A stretch of 64,000 nucleotides of DNA from Eledone cirrhosa. Taxonomy: Eukaryota. The number at the start of each line of letters is the position of its first letter. The stretch's first letter is position 1. Below, piece by piece: positions 26,416 through 39,699 of the stretch. The stretch spans positions 7,564,001 through 7,628,000 of the forward strand of contig OZ024758.1 of NCBI GenBank assembly GCA_964016885.1. The letters are read 5' to 3'. The position numbers and the translations under genes are program-made. A model generated the notes under the pieces. The model had not been told where the DNA came from and made no database searches. It was given only the letters and a program-made list of their open reading frames with translations.

Positions 26416-29158
26416 TGAGTGTCTCATCTTACTGAAGTATCAGGTGGTGCTTGGGAAGGTGTATAGCTGATCCAGCACTTTCATCTCACTAATATCCACG
26501 GTAATGTTGTGAGTATTTTGAGTCACCTAAAAAACATTTAGAGGGAAACACCAGCATTCTCTGTGTGGTGTGTAATTGAGTGAGTGGGCATGCCTTTCTT
26601 CTTATTTATACTACCCTAGAAGCTAATGCATAAAAATAGTAATTGTTAAGTATTTTGTTACAAGTTAATGTTCAGAAAATATATTTGGTTGGATGAATTT
26701 TACTGATAACAAAATATTAACCTGATCCCTTCTTCTTTTCCTACTTTTTCCTGAGAGGGTTTTGGGAGAAGAATTCTTAAACACTCCGTTTTGTCAGAAG
26801 TAACTGTCTTCAATTGATCCAGCTGGATCTCCAAACAAGACCAGCAGAACTCATGGATGTTATCAAACATCTCTTCCATTTGTTAAAAATCAGTATTTGA
26901 AGATAAATCTTTGAAGCAAGTTTGCTTTCACCAATGGATTGTATGAAGTTGAAATATCAGTCAATGCACAGAAAGAAATGTCTTAGTTAAAAATTAAGGG
27001 AACTTCTTCTAAAATCCCCTTTTCACTTCAGCCATGTTACACAGTAATCTTTTGGAGGTTCTATCATTTAGATCTAGTTAAATCACTCTTTGTAAGTAAC
27101 TTACAGTTTAACTTCTACCAAAGTATGCCTCAAATAGAATATATTGTGGTATCTCAAAAGCATTTCTCTGTCACAACTGTTTGTAGTGATTTATTCTCAT
27201 GACATACATACATACGTACATACATACATACATACATAATGCAGAACTGATGAGAAATCTGCAGATACTCCACCCTGATTACACCTTCAGATTTATGCCT
27301 GTGATTTTTTACTATATTATACTAGCAAAATATTTTCACTTTCACACTTGTCATACTTATATGCTTCGTATGAAATATTTACAAGAGAATCACCATAATG
27401 TAGCTTCCATAAAGTTATCATTTATATCAATATGTACTAAATTGTTAAAGAGACATATTAATGCAAGTCAATTTAAGGCATTACTAGCACCAAACTAGAT
27501 GTTATCTATAATGCTATCACTGCTATTGCATTTATTACACACATTTGAACATAGTTGATTGAAAAGCTCCATGTAATATATAATTCAACAATAAAGTTAT
27601 AGACGATCAATTTGCAAAAGGTTTTAGTATTTTAAACTGAATATTAAGAAAGTGTTTGTATAAAACTGTTCTGGAGAGAAGTCATGGCTTCAAACAACAC
27701 AGGAGGTAATTTTAACAGATGATAATTATCACCATCACCTCCATTTAATGTCTTATGTTTCCACACTTGCATGGGTTAGACGGGTCATCCACACTATGAG
27801 ACAAGCCTGGCCAGTTGGCCACATGGTACTTGTACTGTACCTTGCTCAAACGGAACTCTATTTTGGCTGTTTTCTTTTTACAGCTGGATGCCCTTCCTAA
27901 CACCAATCACATTTACAGTGTGGACCTGGGTGGTCTCGTTATGAGAAGGATCTGGTATGCTGTACCTTGCTCATAGTGGAACCGTGTTTATAGTAAAAAA
28001 AAAAAATGTGTTGTTAATGTCACAATAACTGCGACAGTAAGAACCTAGACAAACTCTACATGTAGTGACTCTTTTTGTTACCATATTTCTAATAAAAGAA
28101 ACTCTCTGTAATTTCAAAATAATTTTGGTTTTGGAAATAATCAAGAATTTGAAGGGATTTAGTAATATCACCTTCTCATTATTAAGAAGTTCAAATCCCG
28201 CCGAGGTTAACTTTGCCTTTCATCCTTTCGGGGTCGATAAAATAAAGTACCAGTAATACACTGGGTTAATTTCTGGCCTTGTGCCAAAAAGTAGAAACAA
28301 TTATTAAGTTGGTATTTGGAACATTGCTTAAGAAATGTTCTTCCATAAAAATATGATGGAAAGTTTTTTTAAACAAATATAAACACATGTGAATCATAGA
28401 TGCAGGGGTTTTAGATATTTTGGTATCAAAAGGATTAATATTTTTAGCACAACTGGGACCCTGACCAGGATAAGTAGCTTCTTAAGAAAGTGAAAGAATG
28501 AAAGAAACATTGTTTTTTTGTTTTTTTGTTTGTTTTGTTTAAATAGACATTACAGTATGAAGCAGTCAAGTATAGGTCCTTTATCAGATACAAGAAAACC
28601 TTTTTGAATGAGGAAAAGATAAGATGAATAGGTGTGCTGATGCATAAAAGATTTTCCTAAAAGCTAGTAATTATAGATGCAGGATTATGCAGAATAACAT
28701 TGAGGGAATAAGATAGGTATGCAAATTAAGAGAATTTGGTAAAAATAAACTTTGGAAAAAGAAAAAAGAAAAAAAAAACAGAATTCTTTTGAGGAAATCG
28801 TTTTGAAAAAGAAAAAAAAAAAAAAAACTGCCTTGTGGGAATTAATCCTGTAAAAATAAATTGAAAGAAAAGTAAAAAAACACACCTGGCCAAACTTCCC
28901 TTTTCACAACAAAGTTTATTTGACTTGTTTGACTAGATCCAAATAATTATAATTATATGAACAATAACAAGAATTACTCATGCTGGCTTTGACTGCTGCT
29001 GACCTCACAGCTAGATAGGGGGAGGTGGAGGGATTTAATTTCTTTCTACCCCACCTCTTCCTACTCCCCTCTCTCTCTCCATCTCTTCCCCCCCCCCTTT
29101 TCACCTCTATGACAAACAGTAGTAGCTTTAGGTGTGGTATTTCAGTAGTGTTGGATGA

Positions 29159-29553
29159 TACTACTGCTGCTGCTGTTACTACTGCTGCTGTTACTACTAC
29201 TGCTACTACTACCACCACAGTCTACTACTATTACTACTACTGCTGCTGCTGCAACTCCTACTACTACTATTGCTGCTGCTACCACTGCTGCTACTATCAC
29301 TACTACTACTACCATTGCTACCACTACCACAACTGCTTCAACTACTACTACTACCACTACAACTACTGCTACTACCACCACAACTACTACTACTGCCACT
29401 ACTACCACCACCACCACCACAACAACTACTACTACTACCACCACCACCACTACCCCCACTACTACCACCACCACAACAACTACTACTACTACTACCACCA
29501 CCACCACTACTACTACCATCACCACTACCCCCACCACCACCACTACCACTACT
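29159..29553. repeat. (CTA/CAC/CTG)n trinucleotide tract
   Basis: Direct inspection. Confidence 0.95.
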
Positions 29554-29767
29554 GTCCATCTCCTACTGTCAACATTTCAACATAAACTAAACTATGCTTG
29601 ACAAAGTCAGTGATCCCTGAAAAGTCCAATGACCACCACATCAGACATTGGTTTATAGTTTAGAAAGCTGACCCCTAAATAGAGTTATTTCACACAGACA
29701 TTAGGTAGGGGTAATGTAGGGGCGGAACAGCATTGAATATGATCTGGTATTAGTATTTATTGTGGAA

Positions 29768-29955
29768 GGGCGGTGGATTGGCAGTATCGGTAGAGGGTCG
29801 GACGCCATGCTTTGACGCATAGAGTTACGGCCCTTACCATTCTGAGTTCAAATCCCGCCGAGGTTAACTTTGCCTTTCATCCTTACGGGGTCGATAAAAG
29901 AAAGTACCAGTAATGCGCTGGGTAATTGCTGGCCATGTGCCAAAAATAGAAACAA
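29768..29955 (+). mobile_element. SINE family A (young)
   Basis: Near-identical to 42333-42520. Confidence 0.88.
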
Positions 29956-30098
29956 GTATTTATTGTGGAAGACAAAGGAAAAACACAGGGAAATGTGTCG
30001 AAGGGTGATTTGGACCTCATAAAAGACAAAGGACCACAGAAGACTCATCAAATTCATATCAGAATGGTAAAATGGTAAAAAAAGAATAAAGGTGCAAA

Positions 30099-30391
30099 AT
30101 GATGGTGATGATGGTGGTGGTGGTGGTGGTGGTGGCTGTGATGATAGGGTTGGTGGTGATGATGATGTTGGCGGTGGTGGTGACGATGATGGTGATGGTG
30201 GTGGTGGTGGTGATGGTGGTGATGGTGGTGGTGGTGATGGTGGTGGTGGTGATGATGATGTTGGCGATTGTGGTGGTGATGATGATGGCGGTGGTGGTGA
30301 CGATGATGGTGGTGGTGGTGGTGGTGATGATGGTGGTGGTGGTGATGATGGTGGTGGCAGTGGTGGTGGTGATGGTGGTGGTAGTGATGAT
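30099..30391. repeat. (GGT/GAT)n trinucleotide tract
   Basis: Direct inspection. Confidence 0.95.
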
Positions 30392-30393
30392 AT

Positions 30394-30579
30394 AATTGTT
30401 TCTACTTTTGGCACAAGGCCAGCAATTATCCCAGTGCATTACTGGTACTTTATTTTATCGACCCCGTAAGGATGAAAGGCAAAGTTAACCTCGGCGGGAT
30501 TTGAACTCAGACAATAAAGGGCCGTAACTCCATGATGCAACGCATGGCGTCCGACCCTCTACCGATTCTGCCAATCCAC
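30394..30579 (-). mobile_element. SINE family A (young)
   Basis: Reverse complement of 29768-29955. Confidence 0.88.
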
Positions 30580-31524
30580 GATATCATGATGATGATGATG
30601 GTGGAGGTGCTGGTGATGGTATGGTGATAGTGGTGGTGATGGTATGGTGATAGTGGTGGTGGTGATGATGATGATAGTGATTGTTGTGAGATAGCAGAAA
30701 AAGTGGAGTGCCAAGCTGTTTTACAATACGAGAGAACCGCTGTGGAGTTTCAGAAAACTCCCCCAATTCCTATCAGAATGGTAAAATGGTAACAAAAAAA
30801 AAAAAAAAAAAAAAAGGTGCAAAATGACAATGATGATGATGGTAAAGATGGTGGTGGTGATTGTTGTTGTTGTTGTGAGTTAACAGAAAAAGTAGAGAGC
30901 CAAGCCGTTTTACAATATTTAGTGTTCTAATTTCAAATTCTACACAACAATTTGGCTTTTCATCTTTCACACAATTTATTTGAAGCACTAAACTCTTCAA
31001 TAATTTGTGTCTAAAATGAAATCAAAATTTATTAACCGTTCTGTTACTATATTTCTAATGAAAGACTCAGCATATGATTGTGAAATAAGAATTTACAGGA
31101 ATTTGGTAATATAACTGCCATATACAAGCTGAGGAATATGTAACAAAAAAATTGATGTAGAAGGGGGCCCTGGTTATATTCAGTGTCAATATTTTGACAA
31201 TTTTCACCAACTTCAAATTCTACATAAATAAAGTTTGGATTTTTGCCCATTTCTCAAGACATAAAATAGTGGGGTTGGCTTATGTTTGAGTAGATACAGT
31301 AACCTTCTTGTTATTAAGTTAAAATTTAGAGAAAGACAAACTTTGTTTTACATAATATTATGAAGGAAGGTCTTTAGATAAATAACTGCAAATGTGGAAA
31401 TCAAGCCAGAAACAGTTATTTATGAGCTAGACATGGTCATCTGATCTGACTTGTCTCACAATGGGACAACTCATCTAACCAATGGAAAAATGGGCATTAA
31501 ACAGCAATGATGATGATAAATTCT

Positions 31525-31839
31525 TTAACCCTTTAGCATTCACATTATTTTATATATATCCCGCCGAGGTTAACTTTGCCTTTCATCCTTACGGGGTCGA
31601 TAAAATAAAGTACCAGTAATGCACTGGATAATTGCTGGCCTTGTGCCTAAAGAAGAAACAATTATTTTATATATACTATTATATTTTCTCACATAATATC
31701 GAATCTATGAGATTTTTAAAGTATTTATTTTGAGAACAATACCTTAACATCAGTTTGAGTGACCAGTTACAGCCAGTTTCAACAGAAAAAGGTAGAGAAT
31801 TCTGGCCAGTTTTGGCCGGTTTGAACACTAAAGGGTTAA
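31525..31839. mobile_element. piggyBac-like MITE P1 with a nested SINE-A fragment (31560-31665)
   Basis: TTAA-CCCTTTAG ... CTAAAGGG-TTAA. Confidence 0.72.
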
Positions 31840-32599
31840 GCAACTTTCTATGTTAGAACCATGAATGGTGTCAGAGTGATATCAAAAGAGTTAGGTGAAC
31901 ATCCACATAATGTCAAGGTAAATTCTTAAACTGAATTCACAACAGTTTCAATGTTAGATACATTCACTTCATCTAGAAACTTAACAAGTTGTTCAGTTTT
32001 ACACAACCACCTGGCTTTTGGAGGGAAAAATCTATTTAAAGAAAACTTCACCCGCCAATGTACTAGTCATGCAGGCTCTGCAAGGGGTCACATGTAGCAC
32101 CCTTTCTAGTCTGATTAAGTCATAAATTATTTTTTGAAAATCCCAAATATGTTCAGGAAATGCATGAACACCACAACATTCCATTTCTTGACACATAAAC
32201 TTATATTTTAGGCATATAATTTAGTTTAATATTTCTGGGAGAAAATCCATTCATCAAAAGATTGAGGAAATTAATTCAGAGTTGAATATTTTTGTAGCTG
32301 CCATTTTTTTGTTTATTTCTTTTCATCTTCTTCACTCCTGTGTTTCCCTATTTCTCCACACCCACCTCTTTCAAATGTTTCATACCTTCTCAATACAATG
32401 CCTGTCAAATATCCACTCCCTGCCCTTATAATTCATTGTAGTACTTTAGTACTGACCTCCTTATGTTTACAGCCAGTTCATAAACTCAAAAGACAAGACC
32501 AATAAGACATTTTTCTGACCTAGTTTTCATACACCTGATCTTTTTAATCAAAATGGAGTATGAAAAAAGCACAACTAATATAGAGGTAAATATATACAC

Positions 32600-32784
32600 A
32601 CATATACACGCATGATAGTATATAGGTAAAATGATGATGATATATACACATATATACAAACATGAGAGTATATAGTTAAAATGATGATGATATATACACA
32701 TATATACAAACATGATAGTACATAGGTAAAATGATGATGATATATACACATATATACAAACATGATAGTATATAGTTAAAATGA

Positions 32785-32790
<6 letters not shown>
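32600..32790. repeat. 50-bp minisatellite (~4 copies; one more unit at ~34118-34170)
   Basis: Unit CATGATAGTATATAGGTAAAATGATGATGATATATACACATATATACAAA. Confidence 0.85.
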
Positions 32791-32823
<33 letters not shown>

Positions 32824-32826
<3 letters not shown>

Positions 32827-34093
32827 TGGCTGCCAACTCGTTTTCGAGTACGGCCACTACTTTATATCCATGTAGGAGAACCCCTACCGATGCGCTGAAC
32901 GAATGTGACTTTTTAGTCCAGCCAGCGACTTGAAAACTCTGGTACAAAGGCTACACTTGTGACCATTATTGACACATAGTGCAGGGCCCATGGTACCATG
33001 TGATGACAAGTGCAGAGAGATCTCCAGATATAAAGCAATGCCTGTGCCGTGAAGCTTTTATAGTGAGCAAAGGCACTGCACAAAGCCAGTCCCACTCTCT
33101 TAACCAAGATGATATTTACCAAAAAGAAGAACAAGTCAACATCATTGGATACCATCAGGGTTGCAGGTGTTATATCAGAGTTTTCCTTCTCCTAGAATTC
33201 TGCCTTGACAAAGGCTAAGGGGTCATCTCTCCCGGTGATTTTGGATGGCTATTGACTCTTAAGAGCTCCCTTGCCCTTTGACAGGTTTTGTTTTTAGTCC
33301 TGCAGGATGTCCAAAGTCACCCTCCTCACCAAGAAACCTTGGTGGGGGTTGCCAGTTTAGTCGCCAACGACCCGACCATGAGACAGGTTGTACTGGGATA
33401 CATGTTACCAGTAGCACCAACTGGTGACCTGACATATATATATATATATGGTGGCTGCCAACTCGTTTTCGAGTACGGCCACTACTTTACATCCATGTAG
33501 GATAACCCCTACCGAAGCGCTGAACGAGTGTGACTTTTTAGTCCAGCCAGCGACTTGAAACCTCTGGTACAAACACTACACCTGTGACAATTATTGACAC
33601 ATAGTGCTAGGCCCATGGTAGGACAATTATTGACACATAGTACTGGGCCCATGGTACCATGTGAGGACAAGTGCAGAGAGATCTCCAGATATAAAGCAAT
33701 GCCTGTGCCGTGAAGCTTTTATAGTGAGCAAAGGCACTGCACAAAGCCAGTCCCACTCTCTTAACCAAGATGCTATTTACCAAAAAGAAGAACAAGTCAA
33801 CATCATTGGATACCATCAGGGTTGCAGGTGTTATATCAGAGTTTTCCTTCTCCTAGAATTCTGCCTTGACTAAGGCTAAAGGGGTCATCTCTCCCGGTGA
33901 TTTTGGATGGCCATTGACTCTTAAGAGCTCCTTTGCCCTTTGACAGGTTTTGTTTTTAGTCCTGCAGGATGTCCAAAGTCACCCTCCTCACCAAGAAACC
34001 TTGGTGGGGTTGCCAGTTTAGTCGCCAACGACCCGACCATGAGACAGGTTGTACTGGGATACATGTTACCAGTAGCACCAACTGGTGAACTGG
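32824..34093 (-). mobile_element. Head-to-tail dimer of a ~610-645 bp non-coding element resembling an RTE 5' UTR (32824-33433, 33449-34093)
   Basis: Two highly similar copies separated by (TA)n. Minus-strand CTAGGAGAAGGAAAACTCTGA resembles RTE 5'-UTR motifs. Copy 2 has a ~35-bp internal duplication. Confidence 0.65.
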
Positions 34094-34379
34094 TATATAT
34101 ATATATATACACACATGCATGGTAGTATATAGGTAAAATGATGATGTATATATATACACACATATATACGGTGGTGAGGTGGGGGGGGGGGGCTTAATGG
34201 CAACAGGTTTTGAAAACATTTAGAAGATGCTTGTTTCTATCTCTTATTGTTATGTGATGAACAATCACATCCCCTAATTGTTGACCAGAGAAATATGTAT
34301 AATAGTTAAACCAATTTATGCACAACTTCATATGGCCTTCGCTAATATTTACTGTTCTCTGCCTGTATATGTGTGTGTG

Positions 34380-34412
<33 letters not shown>

Positions 34413-34611
34413 CCCAGCACACACTGTCAATGTGGTTGGTGTTAGGGAGGGCATCCAGCCATAGAAAACCAGCCAGAAACATCCCTATATGAGCGAGACA
34501 CGGTCACTCGACCCAACTTGCCTCTAAATGGGACCCATCTAACCCATGCTAGCATGGAAGATAGACATTAATTGATGATGATGATGATGACAGTGATGAT
34601 ATATATATATG

Positions 34612-34804
34612 TACAGGGTGGGCCTTAAGTCATGCAAAACATCAACCATTTGACTTAATCAATACCTTAATATCACAGATGGTAAGATGATGAAAATGAT
34701 ATCTTTGTTATTTCAATATAATTTTTGTTATTAATACAATACAATGTACATGTATACTAAATTGTTTTTAATGCTTTGGTGTATGACTTACGGCCACCTC
34801 TGTA
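34612..34804. mobile_element. Tc1/mariner-type MITE
   Basis: TA-CAGGGTGGGCCTTAAGTCAT ... ATGACTTACGGCCACCTCTG-TA, imperfect TIRs. Confidence 0.6.
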
Positions 34805-34929
34805 TATGTGTGTGTATATATATATATATAGATATATATATATAGATAAAGAAGATCTAGCTATCGAAACAGCCAGAGCTCTGCCGTCGGGGTCCTGACT
34901 CTATTGAAATATATATATATATATATATA

Positions 34930-35092
34930 CGTTATTCCGGGTTGAATCGGAGGTAACCACAGTAAGTAAGGTACTCAATACATAGCAGAGTATAAAAGTT
35001 TTAATATAGATGAGATTCTACAGGACTAGAACTGTTTCATTCTAAAGAATGAAACAGTTCTAGTCCTGTAGAATCTCATCTATATTAAAACT
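34930..35092. mobile_element. Penelope-like remnant ending in a perfect 47-bp-arm palindrome (34997-35092)
   Basis: Arms are exact reverse complements with a 2-nt spacer. Contains GAAAC-AGTTCTA-GTC and follows (TA)n. Confidence 0.6.
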
Positions 35093-35743
35093 AACATATA
35101 TTGATAAAATAAGTACGAGACTGAAAATAAACACTGGTGTTGATATGATTGACTAAAACCCTTTCAAAGCGGTGCTCCAACAAAATCTTCAGTCCAATGA
35201 CTGAAACCAGTTAAAGAGTAAAAGAATATCACATACACACACACACACACACACACAAACTCCATATAGTTTCCAATGTTTTAACAGACTTTCAGCCACA
35301 ACTGTCAAAGATATGAGAAGCAGTGTTATATATATGTTTGTATACTATGAAAGAATTGTGTAACAAATCACAGAATCAACATTGGACAGATTCTCAGAAG
35401 TTCAGTGTACACGTGACACAAGCACAGTTGTTGAGTGCAAACATACAATCTAAATATATGATTAAAAATTACACCAGTTGTAAAAAAAGAGTTTAGTTTT
35501 GGTCAGAATGAGGGATAGGAAGGGAGGATGGGAAGGGAGGATGGGAAGGGGGGATGGGAAGGGGGGATGGGAAAGGGGTGAAGGAGAGATGAGGGAGGAT
35601 TCAAAGGTATTTAACTCTTAATCAATAATAACACTGTCGATGATATATATCGACCAGAAGTACAGAAATATGCATGTCAAAAACATCAAAGATTGTTTAA
35701 ACCAATAAATAGTAGCTGACGCTCTCTACTTGATATGAGAAGG

Positions 35744-36443
<700 letters not shown>

Positions 36444-36961
36444 CCCATGCTAGCATGGAAGATGGACGTTAATCGATGATGATGATGATGATATATATAT
36501 ATATATATACATATATACTGATATAGAGAAAGAGACTGAGAAGGACAAAGGAAAGAGATAGATAGAGAGAGGTGGAAAGAGAGAGAGAGAGAGAGAGAGG
36601 TGGAAAGAGAGAAAGAGAATAATGATCAAAGCGTTTGATGTAAAACAGAGCAGTGGTATATAATTTATCTAACAGATATTCCAGGAGATAAATGATGAGA
36701 GATTTCTACACTCAGCACGTCAGATATTAGAGATAATGTTACATATATTATGCATATTCAATGCCATCATCATTTTGGGGTCCATTTTCTGATGCTTCCT
36801 TCCCTGAGTTGTCCTCCAAAACAACCCCTCGCTGCCTGTTGACTTCTTTCATTTATGATCAGATTTTACCACTTCTACTCAGGTTTTTCCTACGTTTTTC
36901 TCTCCCAAGGTTTCCTTCCACTTTGTGTTTCTTATCTAAATGTCATCACTGATATACAGTT

Positions 36962-37567
36962 TGACTATGAAGGAGTGATGCTAGAGCTGTGAAATCTTGC
37001 ATGCATTAATTTCAACTCTTCTTTATTAATAACTGCATTGTTTCTTTCCAGAGACTATGTTGCGAAAATAAACCTCATTTGGTCATTCCATGAGAGTATC
37101 TTGGTCAGGCTATGAAGGAGTGATGCTAAAGCTGTGAAATCTTGCATGCATTAATTTCAACTCTTCTTTATTAATAACTGCATTGTTTCTTTCCAGAGAC
37201 TATGTTGCGAAAATAAACCTCATTTGGTCATTCCATGAGAGTATCTTGGTCAGGCTATGAAGGAGTGATGCTAAAGCTGTGAAATCTTGCATGCATTAAT
37301 TTCAACTCTTCTTTATTAATAACTGCATTGTTTCTTTCCAGGGACTATGTTAAAAAATAAACCTCATTTGATAATTCCATGAGCGTATCATGGTCAGGCT
37401 ATGAAGGAGTGATGCTAAAGCTGTGAAATCTTGCATGCATTAATTTCAACTCTTCTTTATTAATAACTGCATTGTTTCTTTCCAGGGACTATGTTGAAAA
37501 ATAAACCTCATTTGATAATTCCATGAGAGTATCATGGTCAGCCTATGAAGTTTTGCCGACCCTCATA
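36962..37567 (+). repeat. Four tandem ~145-bp copies of the M1 MITE interior, ending in the right TIR
   Basis: CTATGAAGGAG recurs at 36965, 37110, 37255 and 37399. Confidence 0.9.
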
Positions 37568-37622
37568 TATATATATATATATGCATTTTTATTTACCTGC
37601 AGTGGCAAACATATACTCACAA

Positions 37623-37736
37623 ATTACCTGCCATATGACAGGTAACACTAGTTACCTGCCATATGACAGGTAACACTAGTTACCTGCCATATGACAGGTA
37701 ACACTAGTTACCTGCCATATGACAGGTAACACTAGT
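37623..37736. repeat. 28-bp palindromic minisatellite x4
   Basis: Unit AGTTACCTGCCATATGACAGGTAACACT. Confidence 0.92.
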
Positions 37737-37879
37737 ATATTTAATAGTATTTCAATCTATCTAATAGACGGAGCAAACTCGGACACTCCCAACAAATGAG
37801 CTCCAGTAGAGACGGCAGTCCATAGCAGTAGCTAGATTCTCCAAGTCTAGAAGTATAGCCACTGCTTTTCACCCTAACC

Positions 37880-38530
37880 CAGGCATGTCAAACTGAGGGT
37901 CCCTCAAGGGCCACATGGGTCACATAAGGGTTGTCTGAGGGCCACATGGGTCACATATGTGTTGTCTGATGGCCACATGGGTCACATATGTGTTGTCTGA
38001 GGGCCACATGGGTCACATGTGTGTTGTCTGAGGGCCACAAGGGTCACATGTGTTGTCTGATGGCCACATGGGTCACATATGTGTTGTCTGAGGGCCACAT
38101 GGGTCACATGTGTGTTGTCTGAGGGCCACAAGGGTCACATATGTGTTGTCTGAGGGCCACATGGGTCACATATGTGTTGTCTGAGGGCCACATGGGCCAC
38201 ATATGTGTTGTCTGAGGGCCACATGGGTCACATATGTGTTGTCTGAGGGCCACATGGGTCACATATGTGTTGTCTGAGGGCCACAAGGGTCACATATGTG
38301 TTGTCTGAGGGCCACATGGGTCACATATGTGTTGTCTGAGGGCCACAAGGGTCACATATGTGTTGTCTGAGGGCCACATGGGTCACATATGTGTTGTCTG
38401 AGGGCCACACATGACAACTAACTGTGGACATTACAACTATTTTTTTTCATTTTATATTACACAGATAAAACATGCTTGCGATGTAAAAGCCTCTGTGTGG
38501 GCCACAGGTGTGCTTGTAAAGGGCCACATG
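37880..38530 (+). repeat. 31-bp minisatellite (~16 copies, 37907-38410) inside a degenerate hAT-like MITE
   Basis: Unit GAGGGCCACATGGGTCACATATGTGTTGTCT, preceded by the hAT-like end CAGGCATGTCAAAC. GGGCCAC subterminal motifs follow. The right TIR was not recognised. Confidence 0.75.
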
Positions 38531-38843
38531 TTCATTGAGAAATATCCCTAAGTATCACTTTTAAGATGATAAAGTATGATGTAAGAGAAATTTGGCTGCT
38601 ATTTCTAGCAGGTCAAATGATCACAAAGGAACAAACAAGGGATGGAGAGTGATGCCAAGTGACAAAGGGATAAAACAGGCGATTGAAAGGAAAAACAAAA
38701 CCTTATGACACATTTTTTTGACAACAATAATCTATTGAGATAATATCAATACATTAAAAATCGAAATCAATCTAGTTCAATAAACGTGCTATGGAAAGCT
38801 ATCAACTGCACACGTCTGAGCATGTGAGTGCACATTCTGATCC

Positions 38844-38952
38844 CATTGTGATTCAGAGAATAGTGGCATGTATGTATACACATTGTGATTCAGAGAATAG
38901 TGGCATGTATGTATACACATTGTGATTCAGAGAATAGTGGCATGTATACACA
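38844..38952. repeat. 37-bp tandem repeat x3
   Basis: CATTGTGATTCAGAGAATAGTGGCATGTATGTATACA. Confidence 0.9.
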
Positions 38953-39595
38953 TGCATATTATTTCTTATTGAAGCAATACAAAAATAACAACAACAACAA
39001 CAACAACAACAACAAAAACCTTTTCTAATTTGTTAGAATTCCAAGTATTCGAAAACTTTGTGTATGGAATGAGAAAATAATATGTGAATGTGGACATTAA
39101 CTAAACATGTTAGCTGGTTTGAATTAAGGTTTGGTAGTTTCAGAGCCATTTCTTAGCCACGGGTTATCATACATACACATCAAACATTAAAAAGAAATGA
39201 TACATCATTGATTATACAGTTTAGTGTGAATTAAATAATACAAATCTTTAAAAACCATAACACAGTTTCTATAAAAACAAATCTCAGTAATTGCATCCTG
39301 TGAACTTCTCACCTGCAGAAAATTACACATTAAGTGCAATGTTTGCCAGGTGATAATAAATATCAATAGAAAAATACCGGTAATTCACTATACTGATCAA
39401 GATTCTGAACTGAAGAGACCAGTTATGGAAGTTTGAATTACATATATATATAAATAAAACCAGAATCAGTTCCTGTCCCACCCTTGCAAGCAGGGAAAAG
39501 TGGACGTAAAATGAAATGAAAATGAAATGAAATATATGCAATGTTTGAATTAAATATATATATATATATATATATATATAGCCAATGTTTGAATT

Positions 39596-39696
<101 letters not shown>

Positions 39697-39699
39697 TAC

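Noticed and set aside
29025-30469. Poly-T/poly-V/poly-P/poly-G ORFs resembling mucins or extensins (also 14821-15338, 58165-58428)
   Set aside because: Trinucleotide repeats open in most frames on both strands, with no splice or domain support.
35512-35600. GGGA-rich tract with G-quadruplex potential
   Set aside because: Short low-complexity purine repeat like many others here, with no evidence of function.
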